A DNA stretch of 64,000 nucleotides. Origin: an uncultured Acidobacteriota bacterium (GTDB lineage: Bacteria > Acidobacteriota > Thermoanaerobaculia > UBA5066). The notes beneath the pieces were generated by a model. The model saw nothing but the letters and a program-made list of their open reading frames with translations. It was not told where the DNA came from and did no database searches. A program made the position numbers and the translations under genes. This document shows, piece by piece, positions 34,704 through 43,024 of this stretch. The first letter of the stretch is position 1, and every line of letters starts with the position of its first letter. Location of the stretch: positions 48,935 to 112,934 of the forward strand of contig CAIMWE010000082.1 of NCBI GenBank assembly GCA_903845115.1, in the 5' to 3' direction.

Positions 34704-36308
34704 ATGAAGAAACCCGACTGGAAACTGACCCTCGCCGGTCTGCTCGCGCTGGCCTGGCCGGCCCTGGGAGCCGATCTGGTGAAGCTCAAGGAATGGGACC
34801 GCTCCCCGGAGTTCGTCTACCTGGCGACGGACGCCGACAAGAAGGAGTGGAAGGCGGTCAAGACTGACGAGGAGGCCGAGAAGTTCGTCGCCCTTTTCTG
34901 GGCCCGGCGCGACCCGGACATCAAGACCCCGGCGAACGAGTTCAAGAGCCGGTTCGACGCGCTCGTCGCCAAGGCCGACGAGCTGTTCAAGCTCGGGAAG
35001 GTCCGTGGCGCCCTGACGGAGCGGGGCCGCGCTTTCATCCTCGTCGGACCCCCGAAGTCGGTCGGCAGCATGCCCGTGCAGACCGGCGGGGCTCCGGGAC
35101 GCCCCGGCGGCAGTGCGTCCGGAACTCCCCTCTCGGACCAGCTGCAGATCGGTTCCGGAGGGCCCGGCTCCATGGTCTACCTGTGGGAGCTCAGCTACGA
35201 AGCCGACCAGCTCCCTGCGTGGACCGAGCTGAAGCTCCTGAAGCTCCGCTTCCGGGTCGAGCCGTCGACCTCGTCGGAGACGGCACAGGAGGCGAGCCAG
35301 CTCAAGAAGCTCTCCGCGAAGGCGGCCCAGGCCGCTCTCGCCAACCCGAACCTGACGGTCCTTCCCGTCTACAAGACGAAGGAGCAGGTCGACGCCGAGC
35401 TGAAGGCGGCGTCCGAGGCGGCGGCCGAGAAGGCCAGGGGGCCGGAGCTGAGCGCCGCGGCCAGGCAGACGCTCGAGGGAGTCCTCGCCAAGGAGGCCGG
35501 CGGGCCCGTCGCGCCGTTCGGGCTGGCGTACCGGGACGGCGCGACCCAGCTGATGGTCCAGGTCCACGCCGGCCCCGACGCGGTGAAGAATCCCGCCGAC
35601 GTGAAGCTGGTCGTCCTCGTGAAGTCGAAGGACGGGAAGGACGCCGCGCGGCGGGAAGAGGCCGCGGGCCTCGGAAAGGCGAGGGACGAGTACTTCTGCG
35701 ACCGGGTCCTGCCGGTCGTCCCGGGAGACTACGAGGTGGCGGCGGCCCTCCTCGACGGCGCGGGCGCGGTCCTCTCATCGGGTCACCGCCCGATCTCGAT
35801 CCCGCCGCTCCCGTCCGAGCTCGGGGCCTCGGCGGTCCTGCTCTGCTACGCCGACGTCGAGCTGCCGGGCCTCAAGCCGGACGACCCCTTCGTCTTCGCG
35901 CAGCGGAAGTTCGTGAGCCGGGGCGACGCCAGGCTGGACAGCAAGAAGGACGGCCTCTCCTACGTCGTCCGGATCTACAACCCCGCGGTCGATCCGGTCA
36001 CGCGCAAGACCGGACTCAAGAGGTCCATCCGGATCAAGCCGAAGAGCGGCGGGTCCGGAGTCGACGTCCCCCTGCCGGCCGAGGAGCCGTCGGTGGTCCC
36101 GGAGTCGAAGGAAGGGGCGGCCGCCTACATCGTCGACCTGGCCGGGAACATCGTGGACGCCAAGCTGGGCGAATACTTCCGCCCGGGCGATTACGAGCTG
36201 AGGATCAAGGTCACGGACGAGATCGCCAAGAAGGGCGTCGACCTGGTGGCGCCGTTCACGGTGGTCGGTCCTCCGCCCGCGGAGAAGCCTGCCCCCAAGA
36301 AGAAATAG
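34704..36308 (+). CDS. GWxTD domain secreted protein
   Basis: Signal peptide; FWARRDP...ANEF...A..LF...GALTERGRAFIL.GPP. Confidence 0.8.
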   Translation: MKKPDWKLTLAGLLALAWPALGADLVKLKEWDRSPEFVYLATDADKKEWKAVKTDEEAEKFVALFWARRDPDIKTPANEFKSRFDALVAKADELFKLGKVRGALTERGRAFILVGPPKSVGSMPVQTGGAPGRPGGSASGTPLSDQLQIGSGGPGSMVYLWELSYEADQLPAWTELKLLKLRFRVEPSTSSETAQEASQLKKLSAKAAQAALANPNLTVLPVYKTKEQVDAELKAASEAAAEKARGPELSAAARQTLEGVLAKEAGGPVAPFGLAYRDGATQLMVQVHAGPDAVKNPADVKLVVLVKSKDGKDAARREEAAGLGKARDEYFCDRVLPVVPGDYEVAAALLDGAGAVLSSGHRPISIPPLPSELGASAVLLCYADVELPGLKPDDPFVFAQRKFVSRGDARLDSKKDGLSYVVRIYNPAVDPVTRKTGLKRSIRIKPKSGGSGVDVPLPAEEPSVVPESKEGAAAYIVDLAGNIVDAKLGEYFRPGDYELRIKVTDEIAKKGVDLVAPFTVVGPPPAEKPAPKKK

Positions 36309-36405
36309 GAGAGGGAATCGAGGGGATCCGGGGCGGCCCGGTTCCCCTCGAGGGCCGCCAGCGTCACCTCCACGATCGCCCTCCGGGCGCCCGCTTCCTC
36401 CCGCC

Positions 36406-37857
36406 CTACGGGAGCCCGAGGATCTCGAAGAGCTGGTCGGTGTCGTGGCGGATCTCCGAGAGGAGTCCGGTGTCGGAGGCCAGGGAGGCCGCCGATTCCA
36501 CGAGCTCTGGGTCCTCGCTCTCCAGCTCGCAGCCGATCCCCTCGAGGGCGACCATCAGGCTGGCGGAGTAGACCAGCTTCACGAGGCCGGGGCTCTGGCC
36601 GGTCACGGTCCCGTTCGACCCGAGGAGCGCCGCGAGCTCCTCGGGAAGACCCCATCGCCTCGCGAGGAGGCTGCCGCAGAGCGAGCGGTACTCGCGGAGG
36701 ACGCCGGCCCGGAACGCCCCTGGCTCGAAACCGACGGCGAGAAGGGCCTGGAGTAGCTCGTAGGCGGCCAGGGGCGCCAGAAGGCCTCCCGTGTACGCCG
36801 TCTCCTCGTCCTGTCCGAGACGGCGCGCCACCCGCGCCGAAGCGACGGCGGTGGAGATCGAGGAGGCGCGGATCACACGCTCGAGGGGGAGCGCCGGCGA
36901 CGTCTGGGGCGCCTCCCGCCGGGAACTGAAGTCCAGGAAGGTCCGGAACGCCTCGGGGCCGACGGCGGAGGCGGCGGACCGCGGGGTGGCGATCGGCTCG
37001 GGGCCCGTCGAGAGCGTGTTCGCGAACGAGAGGATGTTCAGCGTCAGGAAGGGGTCGAGGGCAGAGATCTGGATCAGCTGCTCGTCCGAGGAGCCCTGCC
37101 TGAGGGCGCGGCGCAGGAGGACGGAGGTGTCGGCGTAGATCGGAGCGAACCGGAACGGCCCGGCCAGGCGTCGGCGGAACTCGGCCACGAAACCCTGGAA
37201 CTCCGCGAAGATCTCCCGGAGCGCTCCGGGCGTCGACTCCGAGCCCGACGTCAGCTCCAGGATTGCCCAGAACGTGTCGGCTGCCGCCTCGGGGCCCAGC
37301 TGGTCCTGGGCGGAGGATTCCGCCCGGGGGTCCGCGGACCCGGGAGGGGAACCGGGCAGCTCGTCGGCGGTCTTCGCGCCGTGCAGAGCGAGGACCTGCC
37401 CCCGCAGCGAGAGCTGGATCTGGAGGATGTCCTCCGTGGAGATGCTCGGGTCGAACTCGAAGGTCGCTCCCTTGTCGCGGAAGGAGGCGAGCAGGATCTC
37501 GACCGCCAGTCCCTCCACCGCCCAGGCCAGGCGCTTCCTGGTCGCGAGGCCGCGGTCGAGGATGATGCGCGTCAGGTTCCGCCCGGACAGGAGGTTCTCG
37601 GCCAGTGACGTGTAGGCCTCCGCGGAGTTCAGGATGCGGTGCCGGACGAGGTGCGCCGCGAGCCGCTCCTCCGGCCGTGTCGAGGAGACGAAGACGATCT
37701 TCCCCTCCTTCAGGTCGATCGACCTCCGGATCGCACCGTGGCTGAGCGTGACGCGGCCGGACTGGCGGCTCACCTCGAGCCACTGGAGCAGGTCCGGAAG
37801 GGAGAAGGTGTCCAGGTCGCCTCGGAGGAACTTCTGCACGCCGGTCAAGTCTGACAC
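36406..37857 (-). CDS. DUF4388 (PatA-N-like) plus HDOD domain protein
   Basis: LRGDL..FSLPDLLQWL...QSGRV; DP.LT..IL..AN, AYTGGLL, RWGLP; start uncertain (37857 or 37839). Confidence 0.78.
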   Translation of the reverse strand: MSDLTGVQKFLRGDLDTFSLPDLLQWLEVSRQSGRVTLSHGAIRRSIDLKEGKIVFVSSTRPEERLAAHLVRHRILNSAEAYTSLAENLLSGRNLTRIILDRGLATRKRLAWAVEGLAVEILLASFRDKGATFEFDPSISTEDILQIQLSLRGQVLALHGAKTADELPGSPPGSADPRAESSAQDQLGPEAAADTFWAILELTSGSESTPGALREIFAEFQGFVAEFRRRLAGPFRFAPIYADTSVLLRRALRQGSSDEQLIQISALDPFLTLNILSFANTLSTGPEPIATPRSAASAVGPEAFRTFLDFSSRREAPQTSPALPLERVIRASSISTAVASARVARRLGQDEETAYTGGLLAPLAAYELLQALLAVGFEPGAFRAGVLREYRSLCGSLLARRWGLPEELAALLGSNGTVTGQSPGLVKLVYSASLMVALEGIGCELESEDPELVESAASLASDTGLLSEIRHDTDQLFEILGLP

Positions 37858-37932
37858 GGCGCGGCGGAATTGCGTTCCGAAGTGGAAGTCCGGCGTGCGC
37901 GCCGGCCCCGTTCGGCTTAGCATTCGGTCCTG

Positions 37933-39537
37933 ATGAGTCAATCCGACCGCCCTCGCGCCTCCGAGCCGCCCGTCGAAACGACTTCCTCCATCCCGCTCCG
38001 CGTTTCCTACGGACCGGGGGACGTGTCCCCGGGATGGACCCCCTCCGAACCCGGGAAATTCCCGTTCACGCGGGGAGTCCTCCCGTCCGGATACCGGAAG
38101 AAGCCCTGGACGATGAGGCAGTACGCCGGCTTCTCGACGGCGAAGGAGTCGAACCGCCGGTACCGGTTCCTCCTCGACCAGGGGCAGACCGGGCTTTCGG
38201 TGGCGTTCGACCTGCCGACCCAGATCGGATTCGATTCCGACGACAGGATCGCCCGCGGCGAGGTCGGCCGGGTCGGAGTGGCGATCGATTCCATCGAGGA
38301 CATGGAAACCTTGCTCGACTCCCTGCCGCTCGAGAAGGTCTCGATCTCCATGACGATCAACGCGACCGCCTCGATTCTCCTCGCCCTCCTCCTCGCGGTG
38401 GCGAGGAGGCGCGGCGCCCCCTGGAACGCCCTGTCGGGGACGATCCAGAACGACATCCTGAAGGAATACGCGGCCCGCGGCACCTACGCCTTCCCGCCGA
38501 AGCCGTCGCTGCGCCTGATCACGGACATCTTCCGCTTCTGCGCGACCGAGGTCCCGCGGTGGAACACGATCTCGATCTCCGGCTACCACATCCGGGAGGC
38601 GGGCTCGACGGCCGTGCAGGAGGTCGCGTTCACGCTCGCGGACGGGATCGCGTACCTACAGGCGGCCGTCGACTCGGGGCTCGACGCCACGACGATCGCG
38701 CCGCGGCTCACCTTCTTCTTCAACGTCCACAACGACTTCCTCGAGGAGATCGCGAAGTTCCGCGCGGCCCGGACCCTCTGGGCCCGCCTCGTCAAGGAAC
38801 GCTTCGGGATCGAGGACCCCCGGGCGCAGGCGCTCCGGTTCCACACCCAGACGGCCGGTTCGACCCTCACCGCCCAGCAGCCAGAAGTCAACGTGGTCCG
38901 GGTGGCCATCCAGGCTCTCGCGGCGGTGCTGGGAGGTACTCAGTCGCTCCACACCAACAGCAAGGACGAGGCGCTTTCGCTTCCGACGGAAGGCGCCGCC
39001 CTCCTGGCGCTCCGGACCCAGCAGGTGATCGCCTACGAGACCGGCGTGACCCGCGTCGCGGACCCTCTCGGGGGCTCCTGGGCCATCGAGGCCCTCACCG
39101 CGACGATCGTGGAGCGGGCCGGCGAGCTGATCGGGCGGATCGACGAGATGGGCGGCGCCCTCGCGGCCATCGAGGCTGGCTTCTACCAGCGCGAGATCCA
39201 GGACGCGGCTTACCGGGCCCAGAAGGCGATCGAGGACAAGACAGCCGTCGTGGTCGGCGTCAACGAGTTCGTCGCGAGGGAGGAAATCGCGATCCCGACC
39301 ATGACGATCGACCCGTCGGTCGAGGCCGACCAGGTCGCCCGTCTCCAGGCGTTCCGGGCCAGGCGGAACGCCGCCTCGGTGGAGCGGCGCCGGAAGGACC
39401 TTGTCGAGGCCGCCCGCGACGGACGGAACCTGATGCCCCTCCTCGTCGACGCGGTCTCCGACGACGTCACACTCGGGGAGATCGTCTCCTCCCTCAAGAC
39501 GGTGTTCGGCGAGCACCATGAGATCGCGTCCATCTGA
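37933..39537 (+). CDS. Methylmalonyl-CoA mutase, substrate-binding subunit (no B12-binding domain)
   Basis: [42 protein letters not shown]; Tyr and Arg specificity residues of MCM type. Confidence 0.92.
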   Translation: MSQSDRPRASEPPVETTSSIPLRVSYGPGDVSPGWTPSEPGKFPFTRGVLPSGYRKKPWTMRQYAGFSTAKESNRRYRFLLDQGQTGLSVAFDLPTQIGFDSDDRIARGEVGRVGVAIDSIEDMETLLDSLPLEKVSISMTINATASILLALLLAVARRRGAPWNALSGTIQNDILKEYAARGTYAFPPKPSLRLITDIFRFCATEVPRWNTISISGYHIREAGSTAVQEVAFTLADGIAYLQAAVDSGLDATTIAPRLTFFFNVHNDFLEEIAKFRAARTLWARLVKERFGIEDPRAQALRFHTQTAGSTLTAQQPEVNVVRVAIQALAAVLGGTQSLHTNSKDEALSLPTEGAALLALRTQQVIAYETGVTRVADPLGGSWAIEALTATIVERAGELIGRIDEMGGALAAIEAGFYQREIQDAAYRAQKAIEDKTAVVVGVNEFVAREEIAIPTMTIDPSVEADQVARLQAFRARRNAASVERRRKDLVEAARDGRNLMPLLVDAVSDDVTLGEIVSSLKTVFGEHHEIASI

Positions 39538-39879
39538 ATGGCTCGCGACCGGCTCTCCTCGTCGGGTGAACCCGTCTCGGTACGGGACGAGCCTGATTTC
39601 ATGCCGTCTTCAAGCCCCCAGAAATGTCGAAAACCGCTCCTCGAGCGAGGGAAGGGCTGTGAATATCCCTCAAGTCCGCTTTCCGAGCGGGTTCGGCGGG
39701 CGACGGATTTTTGAAGCGCCGCGTAAGTGACTGCAATTCAAGGAACATCTCCCGAGTGCACTGAAACAAGGGCAAGACGGGGCCAAGAGCCTGTCTCCCT
39801 GGGTTTGGCACTCATTTGCACACCCAATATCACAGGGAAATGCACAGGTTTGCAGGATAACGAAACAACCCCGTGATTA

Positions 39880-40482
39880 TCAGGAACTTGAAGATTCCGT
39901 GAAGGGGAGGTTGCCGTCCACTGAGGCGATCCGGGGCTCGAAACAGCGGCGGCAACGCGCCTCGTAAAGGCCGGTCGCGCCGACCACCACGCGCTCGTCG
40001 GAGGCGACCAGCCGCTGGGTCCGGCTCGCCGCGGCGCCGCACCTCATGCAGATCGCCCGCGTCTTGGTGACCTCCTCGGCGGCCGCCATCAGGGCGGGCA
40101 TCGGGTCGAAGGGGCGGCCGAGGTAATCCTGGTCGAGGCCGGCCACGACGACCCGTTTCCCGAGGTCGGCGAGGCGGTTGACCACGTCGACGATCCCGGT
40201 GTCGAAGAACTGGGCCTCGTCGACCCCGATCACCTCGCTCCGCGCGTCGGTCAGGTCCAGGATCTCGGCGGAGCGCTCGACGGCGACGGCCAGGAGGCGG
40301 AGGCCCCCGTGCGAGACCACCTCCACGTCCGAGAAGCGGGTGTCGACCTTCGGCTTGAAGACCTGGACCCGCCGCCGCGCGATCTTAGCCCTCGTCAGCC
40401 GCCGGATCAGCTCCTCGGACTTCCCGGAGAACATCGACCCGCAGATCACCTCGATCGACCCGGTGCCCGGCGGCAGCGTCAT
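39880..40482 (-). CDS. tdk: Thymidine kinase
   Basis: [25 protein letters not shown] zinc site. Confidence 0.96.
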   Translation of the reverse strand: MTLPPGTGSIEVICGSMFSGKSEELIRRLTRAKIARRRVQVFKPKVDTRFSDVEVVSHGGLRLLAVAVERSAEILDLTDARSEVIGVDEAQFFDTGIVDVVNRLADLGKRVVVAGLDQDYLGRPFDPMPALMAAAEEVTKTRAICMRCGAAASRTQRLVASDERVVVGATGLYEARCRRCFEPRIASVDGNLPFTESSSS

Positions 40483-41171
40483 CGTTTTCTCCTCGTCGCG
40501 CCGGGACCCGGCGCTCCGGTGCCGACCTTGGGACAGAGCCCGGCGAGACGGCATGACTCGCACCGGGGCTTGCGGGAGCTGCAGACTGCGCGGCCGTGGA
40601 CGATGAGGGCGTGGCTGATCCAGACCCACCTGGTCCCGGGCACCAGGCGGTTCAGGTCGACCTCGACCTTCTCGGGGTCGGTGTGGGGCGACCAGCCGAG
40701 GCGCCGGGCCAGGCGGCCCACGTGCGTGTCGACGACGACGCCGGCCGGCCGCCCGAAGGCGTTTCCGAGGACGACGTTGGCGGTCTTCCGGCCGACTCCG
40801 GGAAGCGCGACCAGGGCGTCGATCGTTTCCGGGACCGCTCCGCCGTGGGAGCGGACGATCTCCCGGGCGGCGCCGAGGATCGACTTCGCCTTCGAGCGGA
40901 AGAACCCGGTGGAGCGGATCAGCTCCTCGATTCGCTCCTGAGAGGCGCCGGCCATGGAGCCGGCGTCGGGGAACTCGCGGAAGAGGGCCGGCGTGACCAG
41001 GTTCACCCTCGCGTCGGTGCATTGCGCGGAGAGGATCGTGGCGACGAGCAGCTCGAACGGGTCGGAGTGAGCGAGCGAGCACCCGGCGTCCCCGTAGTCG
41101 GCCGCGAGGAGGCGCAGGACGTCGGAAACCGGCGCCGGTCTCGATGCGGGAGTGGCTCGGCCGCGTGGCAT
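40479..41171 (-). CDS. nth: Endonuclease III
   Basis: [18 protein letters not shown] Hh[15 protein letters not shown]....C. Confidence 0.95.
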   Translation of the reverse strand: MPRGRATPASRPAPVSDVLRLLAADYGDAGCSLAHSDPFELLVATILSAQCTDARVNLVTPALFREFPDAGSMAGASQERIEELIRSTGFFRSKAKSILGAAREIVRSHGGAVPETIDALVALPGVGRKTANVVLGNAFGRPAGVVVDTHVGRLARRLGWSPHTDPEKVEVDLNRLVPGTRWVWISHALIVHGRAVCSSRKPRCESCRLAGLCPKVGTGAPGPGATRRKR

Positions 41172-41233
41172 GGGGGCCGAAGGATACCCGCGATCGGCCT
41201 CGTGGGCTTCGTCATTGATTCCGCGGTCGAGGG

Positions 41234-42958
41234 ATGAAAAACTCCGCCCGCTTGATCAGAAAAAGTTCGACCCCACTCCGGGTATCTCTCGGTCGTGTGT
41301 CCATCGGAGCGCTGGCTGCGGTCGGCTCGGTGATTCCGCTCGCCCGGGCCGCTGCAGCGGAACCGGTCCGCGTGACGGTCCTCGAGACGTCCGACGTCCA
41401 CGGCCGTGTGCTTCCGTGGGACTACGCGAGGGCCAGGGCCGAGGACGTCGGGCTGGGGCGGATCGCCTCGCGGGTGGCGGCCATCCGGCAGGAGAACCCG
41501 AACGTGCTCCTCCTGGACGGGGGCGACACGATCCAGGGGACGCCGGTCGAGTACCTCCAGGCGCGGCGTCCCCCCGCCGGGCCCGACCCGATGGCCGCCG
41601 TGATGAGCGCGATGCGCTACGACGCGATGGCGGTCGGAAATCACGAGTTCAACTACGGGCTCGCCGTGCTCCGCAAGGCCGAGAAAGAGTCGGCGTTTCC
41701 CTGGCTCTCGGCCAACACGCGGAACGCGGCCGACGGGAAGGCGGCCTTCCAGGAGTTCCTGGTCCGCGAGGTCGGCGGCGCGCGGGCCTGCGTCCTCGGC
41801 CTGACGACCCCGAACATCCCGAACTGGGAGCCGGAGGCCAATCGCCCGGGTCTCGTCTGGGAGGACCCGGTCCAGACGGCCCGGAGGCTCGTGCCGATCC
41901 TCCGCGGCGAGAAGAAGTGCGATCTCCTCGTCGCCCTGTTCCACAGCGGCCTCGAGGTCGACCTCGCGAGCGGGCAGCCTGACGGAACCGACGCGGAGAA
42001 CCGGGTCGTGGCTCTCGCGAAGGGGGTGCCGGGAATCGACCTGATCCTGACGGGGCACAGCCACCGGCGGATTCCCCTGACGCGGATCGAGGGGGTGCCG
42101 GTGATCCAGCCCGGACGGTACGGAGAGGTGCTGGCCCGAGTCGACGTCGTCCTCGACCGGAAGGACGGGCGCCTCGTCGTGACGTCGGTGACGGGGGACC
42201 TCGTCCCTAGCGACGCTTCGGTGCCGGTCGACCCCGGGATCGCGAAGCTGGCCGGGCCGTCTCACGAGCGGGCCGTGGCCTACATGGACGAGACGGTCGT
42301 CGAGGCGTCGGCGGCGTTCCCGGCCGAGCGGGCCCGCCTGGAGGACACGCCGCTCCTCGACCTGATCAACGAGACGCAGCGCGAGGCCTCCGGGGCGGAC
42401 CTGTCCCTGACGTCGCTCCTTCCAGGAGGCCGCTACCCGGGTCTCCCGGCCGGAGCCGTGCGAGTGAGGGACCTTTACGGGCTCTACCCCTACGAGAACC
42501 AGCTGGTGGTGGTCGAGGTGGACGGCGCGAGGCTGAAGGGGATCCTGGAGCGGACCGCCGAGTTCTTCGGCGCGGCCACCTGGGACGCCGAGGCCCGCCG
42601 CCTCGTCCTGACCCAGAACGAGAAGATGGTCCCCTACAACTTCGACGCGCTGCAAGGGGCTTCCTACCGGATCGACCCGACCGCTCCTCCGGGGTCGCGG
42701 ATCAAGGACCTCACGTTCAAGGGCCGCCCCGTCCGGCCCGACGACCGGTTCACGCTCGCCGTGAACGCCTACCGGGCGCAGGGCGCCGGGGGGTACACGG
42801 CGCTGAAGGGTTCGAAGGTCCTCCGGGTCTACCCCACCGAGATCCGCGAGATCCTGATCGAACGGCTGCGCGAAAAAAAGAGGATCGACCCGGTCGTGGA
42901 CCGGAACTGGGTCGTGGCCCCCGACGACGTGTGGGCGCCCGAGACACCTCGGCGCTAG
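41234..42958 (+). CDS. Periplasmic 2',3'-cyclic-nucleotide phosphodiesterase / 5'-nucleotidase
   Basis: TSDVHG, DGGDTIQG, GNHEFNYG, GHSH, YPYEN, NAYRA.G.GGY. Confidence 0.92.
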   Translation: MKNSARLIRKSSTPLRVSLGRVSIGALAAVGSVIPLARAAAAEPVRVTVLETSDVHGRVLPWDYARARAEDVGLGRIASRVAAIRQENPNVLLLDGGDTIQGTPVEYLQARRPPAGPDPMAAVMSAMRYDAMAVGNHEFNYGLAVLRKAEKESAFPWLSANTRNAADGKAAFQEFLVREVGGARACVLGLTTPNIPNWEPEANRPGLVWEDPVQTARRLVPILRGEKKCDLLVALFHSGLEVDLASGQPDGTDAENRVVALAKGVPGIDLILTGHSHRRIPLTRIEGVPVIQPGRYGEVLARVDVVLDRKDGRLVVTSVTGDLVPSDASVPVDPGIAKLAGPSHERAVAYMDETVVEASAAFPAERARLEDTPLLDLINETQREASGADLSLTSLLPGGRYPGLPAGAVRVRDLYGLYPYENQLVVVEVDGARLKGILERTAEFFGAATWDAEARRLVLTQNEKMVPYNFDALQGASYRIDPTAPPGSRIKDLTFKGRPVRPDDRFTLAVNAYRAQGAGGYTALKGSKVLRVYPTEIREILIERLREKKRIDPVVDRNWVVAPDDVWAPETPRR

Positions 42959-43024
42959 GACATCCTCCCCATCCAGGCGGTCCCGCCGGGGACCCGCCCT
43001 TCGACCTTCGACGCAGGAGAGTGC

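Noticed and set aside
36318-36351. Hairpin after the GWxTD gene as a third copy of the dispersed element
   Set aside because: Resembles only the GGGGA..TTCCCC stem; lacks the CGCTTCGCGCCTC..GAGGGCGGCCA block, so likely an ordinary bidirectional hairpin
37933-39537. Isobutyryl-CoA or other variant mutase; missing B12 domain as pseudogene
   Set aside because: Tyr (RQYAG) and Arg (ARG) match methylmalonyl-CoA specificity; split two-subunit mutases are common
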